Source: an uncultured Candidatus Rokubacteria bacterium (GTDB lineage: Bacteria; Methylomirabilota; Methylomirabilia; Rokubacteriales; DASRDR01). From it: DNA of 64,000 bases. Positions 39,780 to 51,442 of this stretch are shown here, one piece after another (position 1 is the stretch's first letter; each line of letters opens with the position of its first letter). Made by a program: the position numbers and the translations under genes. The notes under the pieces are model-generated. The model was not told the DNA's origin. It worked only from the letters and a program-made list of their open reading frames with translations, and made no database searches. The DNA lies in assembly GCA_963708025.1 (NCBI GenBank), contig CAVPSB010000019.1, positions 224,001 through 288,000 of the forward strand, written 5' to 3'.

Positions 39780-40325
39780 TTACGGCCTCTCGACGCGCGG
39801 ACTCCGGCGCACCACGTAGCGACACGGCCGGTCGGGCAGCGGCTCCCGCTCCACGGTGAAGCGGTAGCGGGGGCTCAGCGCCTCGCCCCAGGCCCGCTGC
39901 CGCTCCATCCAGCCGAGGCACGGCGGGTACTGCCCGGGCGCCAGCTGCGCGTAGCCGCTCCGCTCCGCGATCCCCTCGCCGAAGCACCGCGCGTTCTCGA
40001 GAACGAGGGTCTCGTCGTCCACCACCGTCAGCGTCCGCTCCGCCCGATCGATGCCGCCGAAGAGATACCAGGCCAGCCGGTACCACTCGGCGACCTCGGC
40101 GATCGTGTCGAGCGCCTGCAGGCCGGCGACCTGCTTGAACTCGCGCAGCTCGATGCGGGCCAGGCTGGCCAGGGCCCGCTCGTTGAGGCGCATCGCCTCC
40201 TCGAGGCCGACGCGCCCCCGGGTCTTGAGGAACCACTGGCCGTCGTGCCGGCGCCAGCAGCCGGAGATCAGGTCGACCAGCGTGTCGGCGTCGAGCCCGA
40301 ACGGGTAGCGCCGTTGCTCAGACAT
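39780..40325 (-). CDS. DUF6125-like protein
   Basis: W.RHDGQWFL...G.EEA N-terminus with conserved-looking Cys residues; GAGG RBS. Confidence 0.7.
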   Translation of the reverse strand: MSEQRRYPFGLDADTLVDLISGCWRRHDGQWFLKTRGRVGLEEAMRLNERALASLARIELREFKQVAGLQALDTIAEVAEWYRLAWYLFGGIDRAERTLTVVDDETLVLENARCFGEGIAERSGYAQLAPGQYPPCLGWMERQRAWGEALSPRYRFTVEREPLPDRPCRYVVRRSPRVERP

Positions 40326-40374
40326 CGCTGGCGTGACCTCGGAGTGATTGAATCAATCCTGGCGGCCTCGTTCC

Positions 40375-40540
40375 CACTCCTCGCTGGCTTCTCGCTATTC
40401 TCTCGCGTCAGGCCTCGCAGCCGTGGCGTTCCGCTCCGAGCCGCGGCGAAGCCGCGGCTCCGACCCCCCCCTTCCCCCAGCCAAAGGCCGAAGGCCGTCG
40501 AAAAGTCGGGGAGGGGGGCTGGGGGGGAGGAGGGAGGCCC
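40375..40540. repeat. Composite of family F (40375-40465) and family B (40460-40540) repeats
   Basis: Reverse complement of 40375-40465 aligns with 54195-54283; the right part matches 4558-4630. Confidence 0.75.
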
Positions 40541-40548
40541 CGAAGATC

Positions 40549-41520
40549 TCAGCGCGGGACGGCCGGCGTCACGACGATGTCGGTCGGGCCGCCGCGGAGG
40601 AACGCCTCGACGTTCTCGACGGCCCGGTGGAGACCGGCCTCGATCACCTCGCGGGTCATCCCGGCGTTGTGCGGCGTGAGCACGACGTTGGGGAGAGCGA
40701 GGAGGGGATCGCCGGCCACGACCGGCTCCTCGTGGAAGACGTCGAGCCCCGCGCCCGCCAGCCGGCCGTCGCGCAGGGCCGCGACGAGCGCATCCCTCTC
40801 GACGAGGCCGCCCCGGGCCGTGTTGACGAGGAACGCCGTCGGCTTCATGAGCGCCAGGCGTTCGGTGCCGAGGAACCACCGCGTCTCCGCGGCCAGCCGG
40901 AGGTGGAGGCTCACCACGTCCGACTCGCGGAGGAGCGTCTCCAGGCCGACCGACCGGGCCCCGGCCGCCGCGACGCGCGCGTCGTCCCGGCGGAGGGTCC
41001 AGGCCAGGAGGCTCATGCCGAGGCCCCGGCCGAGGGCCGCCACCCGGCTGCCGATGGCGCCGAAGCCGATCAGCCCGAGCGTCTTGCCCCGGGCCTGGAC
41101 GAGGAGGCCGCGCGGCCACTGCCCGGCCCGGGTCTCGCGGTCGAGCGCCGGGATCCGCCGCATGACGGCGAGCATGAGCGCGATGGCGTGCTCGGCGACG
41201 GCATCGGCGTTGACGCCCGGCGTGTTGGTGACCATGACGCCGCGCTGCCGGCACGCCTCGAGGTCCACGTTGTCCACGCCGGTGCCCCAGATCGAGATCA
41301 GCCGGAGCCGCGCCGCGCTCTCGAGGACCCGGTCGGTGAAGTGGGCATGGGCGCGGATGTTGACGACCACCTCGGCGTCGCCGATCCGACGGATCAGCTC
41401 CGCCTCCTGGTCGGCGCCGCGCTCGGTGTGGATGGTCACGTCGCCAAGGGCCCGGAGGCGCGCCTCCGCGCTGGACCCGCTCAGCGCGGGCGGAAAATCG
41501 TCCGGAACGACGATCCGAAT
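40549..41520 (-). CDS. Phosphoglycerate dehydrogenase-like D-2-hydroxyacid dehydrogenase; no ATG/GTG at the expected start
   Basis: GLIGFGAIG, VNTARG, LDVF.EEP and TPHNAG; the homologous-looking N-terminus IRIVVPDDFP begins at ATT 41520. Confidence 0.85.
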   Translation of the reverse strand: MRIVVPDDFPPALSGSSAEARLRALGDVTIHTERGADQEAELIRRIGDAEVVVNIRAHAHFTDRVLESAARLRLISIWGTGVDNVDLEACRQRGVMVTNTPGVNADAVAEHAIALMLAVMRRIPALDRETRAGQWPRGLLVQARGKTLGLIGFGAIGSRVAALGRGLGMSLLAWTLRRDDARVAAAGARSVGLETLLRESDVVSLHLRLAAETRWFLGTERLALMKPTAFLVNTARGGLVERDALVAALRDGRLAGAGLDVFHEEPVVAGDPLLALPNVVLTPHNAGMTREVIEAGLHRAVENVEAFLRGGPTDIVVTPAVPR

Positions 41521-41537
41521 GGTTCCGCTTCCTCTTC

Positions 41538-41580
41538 TCCCTCTCCCCCTTCGAAGGGGGAGAGGGTAGGGGTGAGGGGG
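41538..41580. repeat. REP-like hairpin family D, copy 2
   Basis: CCCTCTCCCCC-TTCGAA-GGGGGAGAGGG then TAGGGGTGAGGGG. Confidence 0.75.
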
Positions 41581-41583
41581 TGC

Positions 41584-42810
41584 CTACGGCGACTCTGCGT
41601 CGAAGATCGCCTGCGCGGCCGCCAGCGCTTCCCCGGTGTCCGCCTTGTAGCCGAGGTCGCGGAGGGCCATCCCGAGGGCTGAGAGCGTCGGCAGCACGTA
41701 GAGCGGGCTCGCGGTCATGCCCATCGTCCCGACCCGCAGCGCGCCCTGACGCATCGGGTCGGTCCCGATGCCGGTCGAGATCAGGATGCCGTAGGCGTCA
41801 CGCATCCGCCGGGTCACCGCGCCCGCCGCGATCCCCGGGGGCGTGCGGAAGCAGGAGACCGTGTCGGAGGCGAGCGTGGGCTCGCCGAACAGATCGAGCT
41901 TGAGCCCGGCCAGCCCGGCGCGGAACGCCTTGCCGGCGATCCGGTGGCGCCGGATCCGGTGCGGCAGCCCCTCCTCGATGATCATCCGGGTCGCCTCCCG
42001 GAGCGCCTGGGTCAGGTGGGTCGGGATGGAGATCGGCTGGTTCCGGCGCGCGCCTTCCTTCACGCCCCCGCCGCGCCCGGCCGGCACCCACTGCTGCTTC
42101 CACCGGACCAGGTCGTAGGCGTAGGTGGTCGGCTTCCGCGTCCGCCGCTCCATCGACTCGAAGGCGCGGGGCGAGACCGAGACGACGGCCAGGCCGAGCG
42201 GCATGGCCAGACACTTCTGGGAGCCGGTCATGTTCACGTCGACGCCCCAGGCGTCCGTCTGGACGTCGAGCCCCGCCAGCGAGGAGACGGTGTCGAGCAG
42301 GTAGAGCGCGCCGTGGCGCCGGGCGATGTCGCCGACCTCCCCCGCCGGGTACGTGACCCCGGTGGACGTCTCGTTGTGGACGAGCGTCAGGAGCTTGGGC
42401 CGGGTCTGGGCCACCGTCCGCTCGAGCCCCGCCAGGTCGAGCGTCCGGCCCCACTCGACCTCGACCGGGGTGACCGCCGCCCCGGCCCGCTCCATGATCT
42501 CCCGCATGAGCTGGCCGAAGACGCCCGCCACCACCACCACGACCCGGTCGCCCGGCTCGACTAGCGAGCTGGTCGCCGCCTCGAGCCCGGTCCGTCCCGA
42601 GCCGGGCATCACGAGCACCTCGCCGGTCGTCTGGAACACCTGGCGGAGGTCGAGGCAGGCCGGCTCGAGGATCTCCTCGTCGAACGGCGGCTCGTACTGG
42701 ATCATGGCCGGCTGTGCCATCGCGCGGATCACTCGCCAGGGCACCTCGGTGGGCCCGGGGATCATGAGAATGGGGCGGTCGAGGCCTCGCATCCAGTGCT
42801 GCTGACTCAC
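41584..42810 (-). CDS. Class V PLP aminotransferase (alanine/serine-glyoxylate type)
   Basis: LMIPGPT, VHNETSTG, DTVSS and GSQKCL (PLP lysine); AAGGAG RBS before GTG 42810. Confidence 0.92.
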   Translation of the reverse strand: MSQQHWMRGLDRPILMIPGPTEVPWRVIRAMAQPAMIQYEPPFDEEILEPACLDLRQVFQTTGEVLVMPGSGRTGLEAATSSLVEPGDRVVVVVAGVFGQLMREIMERAGAAVTPVEVEWGRTLDLAGLERTVAQTRPKLLTLVHNETSTGVTYPAGEVGDIARRHGALYLLDTVSSLAGLDVQTDAWGVDVNMTGSQKCLAMPLGLAVVSVSPRAFESMERRTRKPTTYAYDLVRWKQQWVPAGRGGGVKEGARRNQPISIPTHLTQALREATRMIIEEGLPHRIRRHRIAGKAFRAGLAGLKLDLFGEPTLASDTVSCFRTPPGIAAGAVTRRMRDAYGILISTGIGTDPMRQGALRVGTMGMTASPLYVLPTLSALGMALRDLGYKADTGEALAAAQAIFDAESP

Positions 42811-42918
42811 ACGCGTCTCCTTGTCATGAGGGAACAGCTCGAGCGCGACGCGTTCCATTCTATGCCACGGTCCGGGCCTTTGCCACCGGCCCCGGTCGAT
42901 CGGGCCCGGTCCGCTCGA

Positions 42919-45792
<2,874 letters not shown>

Positions 45793-45835
45793 GCCGGACA
45801 TTCCCGGGAAGCTTCGCACGATCGGCGCGACCGTG

Positions 45836-47792
45836 TCACGCTCTGCCGCCGGCCTGCTCGGCGAACGCGGCGATCTGCTCCGGCAGGCCGAACACCCGCA
45901 CGCGGTCGCCCGGTCGAAGGATGGCGTCGGGCGACGGGTTGACGATCAGGTCCCCGGCGTCGGCGCGGCGGATCGCCACGACGGTCACCCCGAACCGCTC
46001 GCGGATCCGGGCGCCGCGCAGCGACTGATCGACGATCTCCCCCGTGCCCAGCGTTACTTCCCGCACCTCGGGGAGCCGGTCCCGGTCGCCGGCGCTCCGG
46101 GTGCTCCGGCGTCTCCATCGCCTGGTGGAACCGGTCCAGGTAGGCGAGGACCCGATCCCCGGGGAGCGCCAGGTGGGCCAGGGCGTGGCGGATCAGGGCG
46201 GCCGCGCCTTCCAGCTCGGGCCGGATCACCTGAACCGCGCCCTCCCGCTCGAGCGCCTCGGCGCCCCCCCGGTCGTGCGCCCGGGCGAGGATGGGCAGGC
46301 GGGGGCCGAGGGCCCGCAGGTGCCGGACGACCAGGTGGGCGCGGTCGAGCTCGGGGACGGTGACCACCGCCAGCCGCGCGCGCTCGGCCCCCGCCGCCTG
46401 GAGGAGCGCCCGCTGGGCGCCGTCGCCGAACAGGCACGGCACCCCGCGGGTCCTCAGCCCTTTCACGATGTCGGGGTCGGTCTCGATGGCGAGGTAGCGG
46501 AGGCCGAAGGTCTCGAGCGCCTCGCCCACCGCGCTGCCGACGCGGCCGAAGCCGACGATGACCACGTGATCGCGCAGGAGCTCGGGGGCCGGGCTCTCGG
46601 CCGCCAGCCGCCGCTCGTCGGCGGCCAGGCGGGCCCGGCCGATCCAGGTCGGCGCGACGCGCACCAGGGCGGCGTTGATCAGGATGGTCAGCAGCGAGGC
46701 GGCCAGGGTGGCCGTGTAGACGTCGTGACCGACGTGACCGGCGGTGCGCGCGGCCTGCACCAGGATGAAGGAGAACTCGCCGATCTGCGTGAGGCCCACG
46801 CCGACGAGCAGGGCGGTCCAGATCGGGTAGCCGAAGAGGAGGACCACCGCCGTCCAGATGACCAGCTTCCCGACGACGACGAGGCCGACGATCGCGCCCA
46901 GCAGGGGCAGGTGGTCGAACACCGTGCGGGGATCGATGAGGGCGCCGATGGTGACGAAGAACAGCGCGACGAAGGTGTCCCGCAGCGGCAGGAGCCGCGC
47001 CAGCGTCTCGTGGGCGTAGTCCGACTCGTTGATGATGAGCCCGGCCAGGAAGGCGCCGAGCGCCAGCGACAGCCCCAGGGCCTGACTGAGAGCGGCCGTC
47101 CCGATGACCACGGCCAGCGCCACCAGCAGGAACAGCTCCTGGTTGCGGGTCCGAGCCACCCGCGTCAGCAGGGGAGGCACGAGCTTCGTGGCCAGGTACC
47201 CGAAGGGCACCAGGACGACCAGCGCCTTGCCGACGGCGGTCCCGATCGCCAGCAGCCGGCCGGGCTCGAGCGTCCCCAGCGCCGGGACGAGGACCGTGAG
47301 CACGACGACCGCCAGGTCCTCGACCAGCGAGATCCCGACCATGACGCGGCCGTGCTGCGAGTGGAGCTCCCCGCGGTCGAGGAGGAGGCGGCCCAGGACC
47401 ATGGTGCTGGCCACCGAGGCCAGGAGCCCGATGACGACCCCCTGGAGCACGCTCCAGCCCATCGCCCGCCCGACGGCCAGCGACAGCCCGACGGACAGCA
47501 CGATCCCCAGCGGGCCGCCGAGCAGCGCCACCCAGCGGACCCGCATCAGGTCGCGCAGCGAGAACTCGATGCCGATGGAGAACATGAGCAGGACCACGCC
47601 GATCTCGGCGAACAGCTCGAAGGTGTGGACGTCGGAGACCGCGGGGCCGGGCGTGAGGGGGCTGATGAGGATGCCGCCCACCACGTAGCCGAGGATCAGC
47701 GGCTGGCGGAGCCACCAGGCGAGCCCGCCGCCGAGCAGGGCGGCCAGGAACACGTAGGCCAGGTCGTGGAAGAAGTCGGGATTGGCGATCAT
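45836..47792 (-). CDS. CPA2 cation:proton antiporter (Kef/YbaL-like) with RCK N- and C-domains; frameshift near 46080
   Basis: [20 protein letters not shown] and VGFGRVG; the TrkA-C domain is in ORF 45836-46066. Confidence 0.88.
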
Positions 47793-47873
47793 CCGCGTCC
47801 GGCGGGGCCCGGGCGACGGAGCCCCACTCGAATCCGATCATAGCGGTCCGGCCCCCCGCCGGTCCACCGCTGA

Positions 47874-47915
47874 CCACCCTCGGTGCTGGCGCGGGCGAAC
47901 GAGATCATCCAGTAG
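47874..47915 (+). pseudogene. C-terminal remnant of an ABC_sub_bind-type substrate-binding gene
   Basis: Encodes PPSVLARANEIIQ*, paralleling the downstream gene end PQLVLLRADEVIE*. Confidence 0.6.
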
Positions 47916-48110
47916 CCGCCCCCGCCGAGCCACTTGGTCGGACCGCGTTAGACGCTTGACTCCTCGCGACTCGAGGAACACCCTTCGGACCATCCGAACC
48001 CGACTCACGGTCGCGCAGGGGCAACAGGAGGGCGCCGCATGGGACCGATTCGCCCGCGGTTGTCCCGCGGCCGCCCAGCGTAGAATCCCGGCCATCCGGA
48101 GGTGTCCGCC

Positions 48111-49085
48111 ATGGTGCGCCTGACTGTTGTCCTGTTCGTCCTCGCTTTCCTCTCTGGGCCGCTCGCTGCCGACCCGCGGTCGCCACGGAAGCTCGTCCGC
48201 ATCGGCATGCTCGAGAGGACGTCGCCGGTAACCAATGCGGCCAACCTCGAGAGCTTCCGACAAGGCCTGCGGGCGTTGGGCTACGTCGAGGGGAAGAACC
48301 TCGTCATCGAGTACCGATCAGCCGATGGCCACGACGAGCGTTTTCCGGGCCTGGCCGCTGAGCTGGTTGGGCGGAAGGTGGACCTGATCCTGACCAGAGG
48401 GACGCCAGCCGCCCTGGCCGCCAAGAATGCGACAGGAACGATCCCGGTGGTCATCACGGGGGTTGGCGATCCTGTGGGGCAGGGCGTCGTCGCCAGCCTC
48501 GCACATCCGGGCGGGAATGTCACCGGCCTGAGCGCCATCGTTACCGAGATATACCCGAAACGGGTCCAGATGCTCAGGGAGCTGGTTCCAAGAGCCGCAC
48601 GAATCGCGGCCCTCTTCAATCTGGGTAACCCAGCTCTCCCGCCTCAGTGGAAAGAGGTCGAGATGGCGGCGCGATCCCTCGGTATCCAGCCCCAGCTTCT
48701 CGACGTGCGAACGGCTGATGATCTGGGGCCTGCGTTCGACACCGCAGTCAGGCACCATGCCGACGCGCTCATCGTGGGGCTGGACACTCTCACGCAAGCG
48801 AACCAGCAGCTCATTGTTGACCTTGCCGCCCGGCACCGGCTGCCCGCGATGTACGCCTCTACGGAGTTTGTCGGAGGATTGATCGCCTACGGAGTGAACT
48901 ACCCTGACATGTATCGTCGCGCCGCCACCTTCGCGGACAAGATCCTCAAGGGCGCCAAGCCCGCTAGCCTTCCTGTCGAACAGCCCACGAAGTTCGAGCT
49001 GGTCATCAACGTCAAGGCCGCGAAGGCGCTGGGGCTCACGATCCCACAGTTGGTGCTGCTGCGGGCGGATGAGGTCATCGAGTGA
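48111..49085 (+). CDS. Orphan ABC transporter substrate-binding protein (ABC_sub_bind family)
   Basis: LGYVEGKNLVIEYR, SLAHPGGNVTG and LPVEQPTKFELVIN; visibly lower GC3 than its neighbours. Confidence 0.92.
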   Translation: MVRLTVVLFVLAFLSGPLAADPRSPRKLVRIGMLERTSPVTNAANLESFRQGLRALGYVEGKNLVIEYRSADGHDERFPGLAAELVGRKVDLILTRGTPAALAAKNATGTIPVVITGVGDPVGQGVVASLAHPGGNVTGLSAIVTEIYPKRVQMLRELVPRAARIAALFNLGNPALPPQWKEVEMAARSLGIQPQLLDVRTADDLGPAFDTAVRHHADALIVGLDTLTQANQQLIVDLAARHRLPAMYASTEFVGGLIAYGVNYPDMYRRAATFADKILKGAKPASLPVEQPTKFELVINVKAAKALGLTIPQLVLLRADEVIE

Positions 49086-49145
49086 TCGGGCGCGCTGTCA
49101 GACTCGGAAGGTGCGCCTCCTGCATTCTCCACCCGAATAGGGACA

Positions 49146-51098
49146 CTACCCATCGCCATCCTCGGCCTCGACCCACCCGAGACCCGAGCGACGGGAGGGC
49201 ACCCACCCACTAATCTCGCGAACCCGCTGTCCCGTTCTTGTTGACAGGCTCCGGAGGGCGGGGCGGGTGAGGTGATACGCGACGTCGGTCACGATCACGC
49301 CGCGCCGGAACAGCAGGGAGCCCTTGATCAGGAGCGCGGTCTGGTTGTGCAGGAGGTGCTGCCACCAGCGGGCCGGCACGAACTCCGGCAGGATGATGGT
49401 GACGAGCAGATCGGGCGCCTCCCGCTGGATGTCGTCGAGGTACTCGAGAAAGGCCGAGACCACCGAGCGGTAGGGTGACCGGAGCACCACCAGGGGAACC
49501 CCGCTCGCCCACTTGGCCCAGCGGTCTTCCAGGCGCCGCCGGGCGTCCGGGTCGGTCTCGACGTACACCCCGCGCGCGCTCGCGGAGATGGTCCGCGCGT
49601 AGCGGATGGCCCCGAGCACGCCTCGATGGATGTCGCCGACCAGGACGAGGACGAGGTGGTCCGGCGGCGGCGGGTCGTCGAGATCCAGCCCGTTGACCGA
49701 GAGCTGGCCCGCGACGTCCGCGTAGTGGCGGTGGATGGCCCGGAGCCCGAGCACCAGGCCGGGGATCAACAGGATGATGAGCCAGGCGCCGTGGGTGAAC
49801 TTCGTGGTGGCGATGACGAGCGTGACGACGCCGGTCACCAGGGCGCCGGTGCCGTTCAGGGTGGCCCGCAGAGGCCACCGGGGCCCGCGCTCCCGCCACC
49901 AGAAGCGCACCATGCCGGCCTGCGACAGCGTGAACGAGACGAAGACGCCCACCGCGTAGAGGGGGATCAGGGCGTGCGTCTCGGCCCGGAACACGACGAG
50001 CAGGAGCGCGCTCAGCAGCGCCAGGATGAGGATGCCGTTCGAGAACGCGAGCCGGTCCCCCCGGTTGGCGAGCTGCCGCGGCATGAACCGATCGCGGGCC
50101 ATGAAGGACGACAGCCGCGGAAAGTCGGCGAAGCTGGTGTTCGCCGCCAGGACCAGGATCAGCATCGTCAGCGCCTGCACGGCGTAGTACAGGAGGCTGT
50201 GGTCGCCGAAGACCCGGCGGGCCAACTGCGAGTTGATCGTCTCCTGCGCGGTGGGGACCAGGCCGAAGGCGTTGGCCAGGATGGTGATGCCGACGAAGAG
50301 GGTGATGAGGACAACGCCGAGCAGGACCAGGACCTGCCGGGCATTGCGCGCCTCCGGGGGCCGGAAGGCCGGCACGCCGTTCGACACCGCCTCGATGCCG
50401 GTGAGCGCCACGCACCCCGAGGCGAAGGCCCGGAGCGCGAGGAACAGCGTCAGCGCCTCGGTCCCCGCCCCGGCCGGCGGCGGGGGCGCGGCGCCGCCCG
50501 GGGCGCCGCCCCCGCCGAGCCAGACGGCGGCGCCCCAGCCGATCATCACCAGGTAGGCCGCGATGAACGCAAAGGTCGGGATCGCGAACAGGCGGCCCGA
50601 CTCCCGGACGCCGCGCAGGTTGGCGAGGGTGATGCCGATCACGCCGAGAATGCACAGCTCGACCCGGTAGGGATACAGCGGGGGCGCCGCGGAGGTGACC
50701 GCCGCGATGCCCGCGGCCACGCTCACGGAGACCGTCAGGACGTAGTCGGTCAGCAGGGCGGCGCCCGCGACGAGGCTCGGGTAGGTCCCCAGGTTCTCCC
50801 GGCTCACGATGTACGCGCCGCCCGCGCTCGGATACGCCAGGATCGTCTGGCGGTAGGAGCCGACGACGATGGCCAGGAGGGCCGCGATGCCCAGCGAGAT
50901 CGGCACCGAGGTGTGCAGCGCGCCCGTCCCGGCCAGGACCAGGATCAGGAAGATCTCCTCCGTCGCGTACGCGCTGGAGGAGAGCGCGTCCGACGCGAAG
51001 ACGGCGAGACCGGTGGCGCGGCCGAGACGCTCGTGGCGCTCGAGCGAGGTCGGGATGGGGCGGCCGAGGAGATTTCGCTTCAGGCGCAGCAGCCACAT
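49146..51098 (-). CDS. APC-family permease, KimA/YdaO-like (putative K+/H+ symporter)
   Basis: FASDALSSSAYATEE, ALTGIEAVSNGVP, LIPLYAVGVF and WWQHLLHNQTAL. Confidence 0.9.
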   Translation of the reverse strand: MWLLRLKRNLLGRPIPTSLERHERLGRATGLAVFASDALSSSAYATEEIFLILVLAGTGALHTSVPISLGIAALLAIVVGSYRQTILAYPSAGGAYIVSRENLGTYPSLVAGAALLTDYVLTVSVSVAAGIAAVTSAAPPLYPYRVELCILGVIGITLANLRGVRESGRLFAIPTFAFIAAYLVMIGWGAAVWLGGGGAPGGAAPPPPAGAGTEALTLFLALRAFASGCVALTGIEAVSNGVPAFRPPEARNARQVLVLLGVVLITLFVGITILANAFGLVPTAQETINSQLARRVFGDHSLLYYAVQALTMLILVLAANTSFADFPRLSSFMARDRFMPRQLANRGDRLAFSNGILILALLSALLLVVFRAETHALIPLYAVGVFVSFTLSQAGMVRFWWRERGPRWPLRATLNGTGALVTGVVTLVIATTKFTHGAWLIILLIPGLVLGLRAIHRHYADVAGQLSVNGLDLDDPPPPDHLVLVLVGDIHRGVLGAIRYARTISASARGVYVETDPDARRRLEDRWAKWASGVPLVVLRSPYRSVVSAFLEYLDDIQREAPDLLVTIILPEFVPARWWQHLLHNQTALLIKGSLLFRRGVIVTDVAYHLTRPALRSLSTRTGQRVREISGWVPSRRSGLGWVEAEDGDG

Positions 51099-51240
51099 GA
51101 GAGACGCGCTACCCGATTTCGGGGACGATCGGCGGTCGGTGTCGAGGCATCACGCTGCCAGGCGCGCGTCGCGCGGCCCCGGCGAGCCCGATGCTACGCG
51201 CGGGCGCAAGCCCGGGCAAGCAAAATTCCCTCCGGCGATC

Positions 51241-51257
51241 TTTATGGCTTCTTTACA
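51241..51257. promoter_or_regulatory. Putative KdpE-binding box
   Basis: TTTATG-GCTTC-TTTACA resembles the E. coli kdp box TTTATA-N5-TTTACA; AT-rich island between the divergent permease and kdpD. Confidence 0.7.
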
Positions 51258-51303
51258 TCGCCCGTGGCTCCTCGTGGAGTGCCGGAGATCCCGATCGGAT
51301 AGA

Positions 51304-51430
51304 CTAGGAGCGTGTCGGAGGTCGGTAAGGTGCGGCTTGCCGTGCTCGGCCTGGAGCAGCGTCCGAGCGCCGGCTTCGCCGGCGCAACCGAGGGGGGGAA
51401 TCGGGGGGGTCTTCCGAGACCCCCCCGAAG
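51304..51430. repeat. Intergenic repeat family A, copy 3 (internally shorter)
   Basis: Starts CTAGGAGC like copy 1 and shares the terminal hairpin. Confidence 0.88.
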
Positions 51431-51442
51431 GACCTCCCGCCC

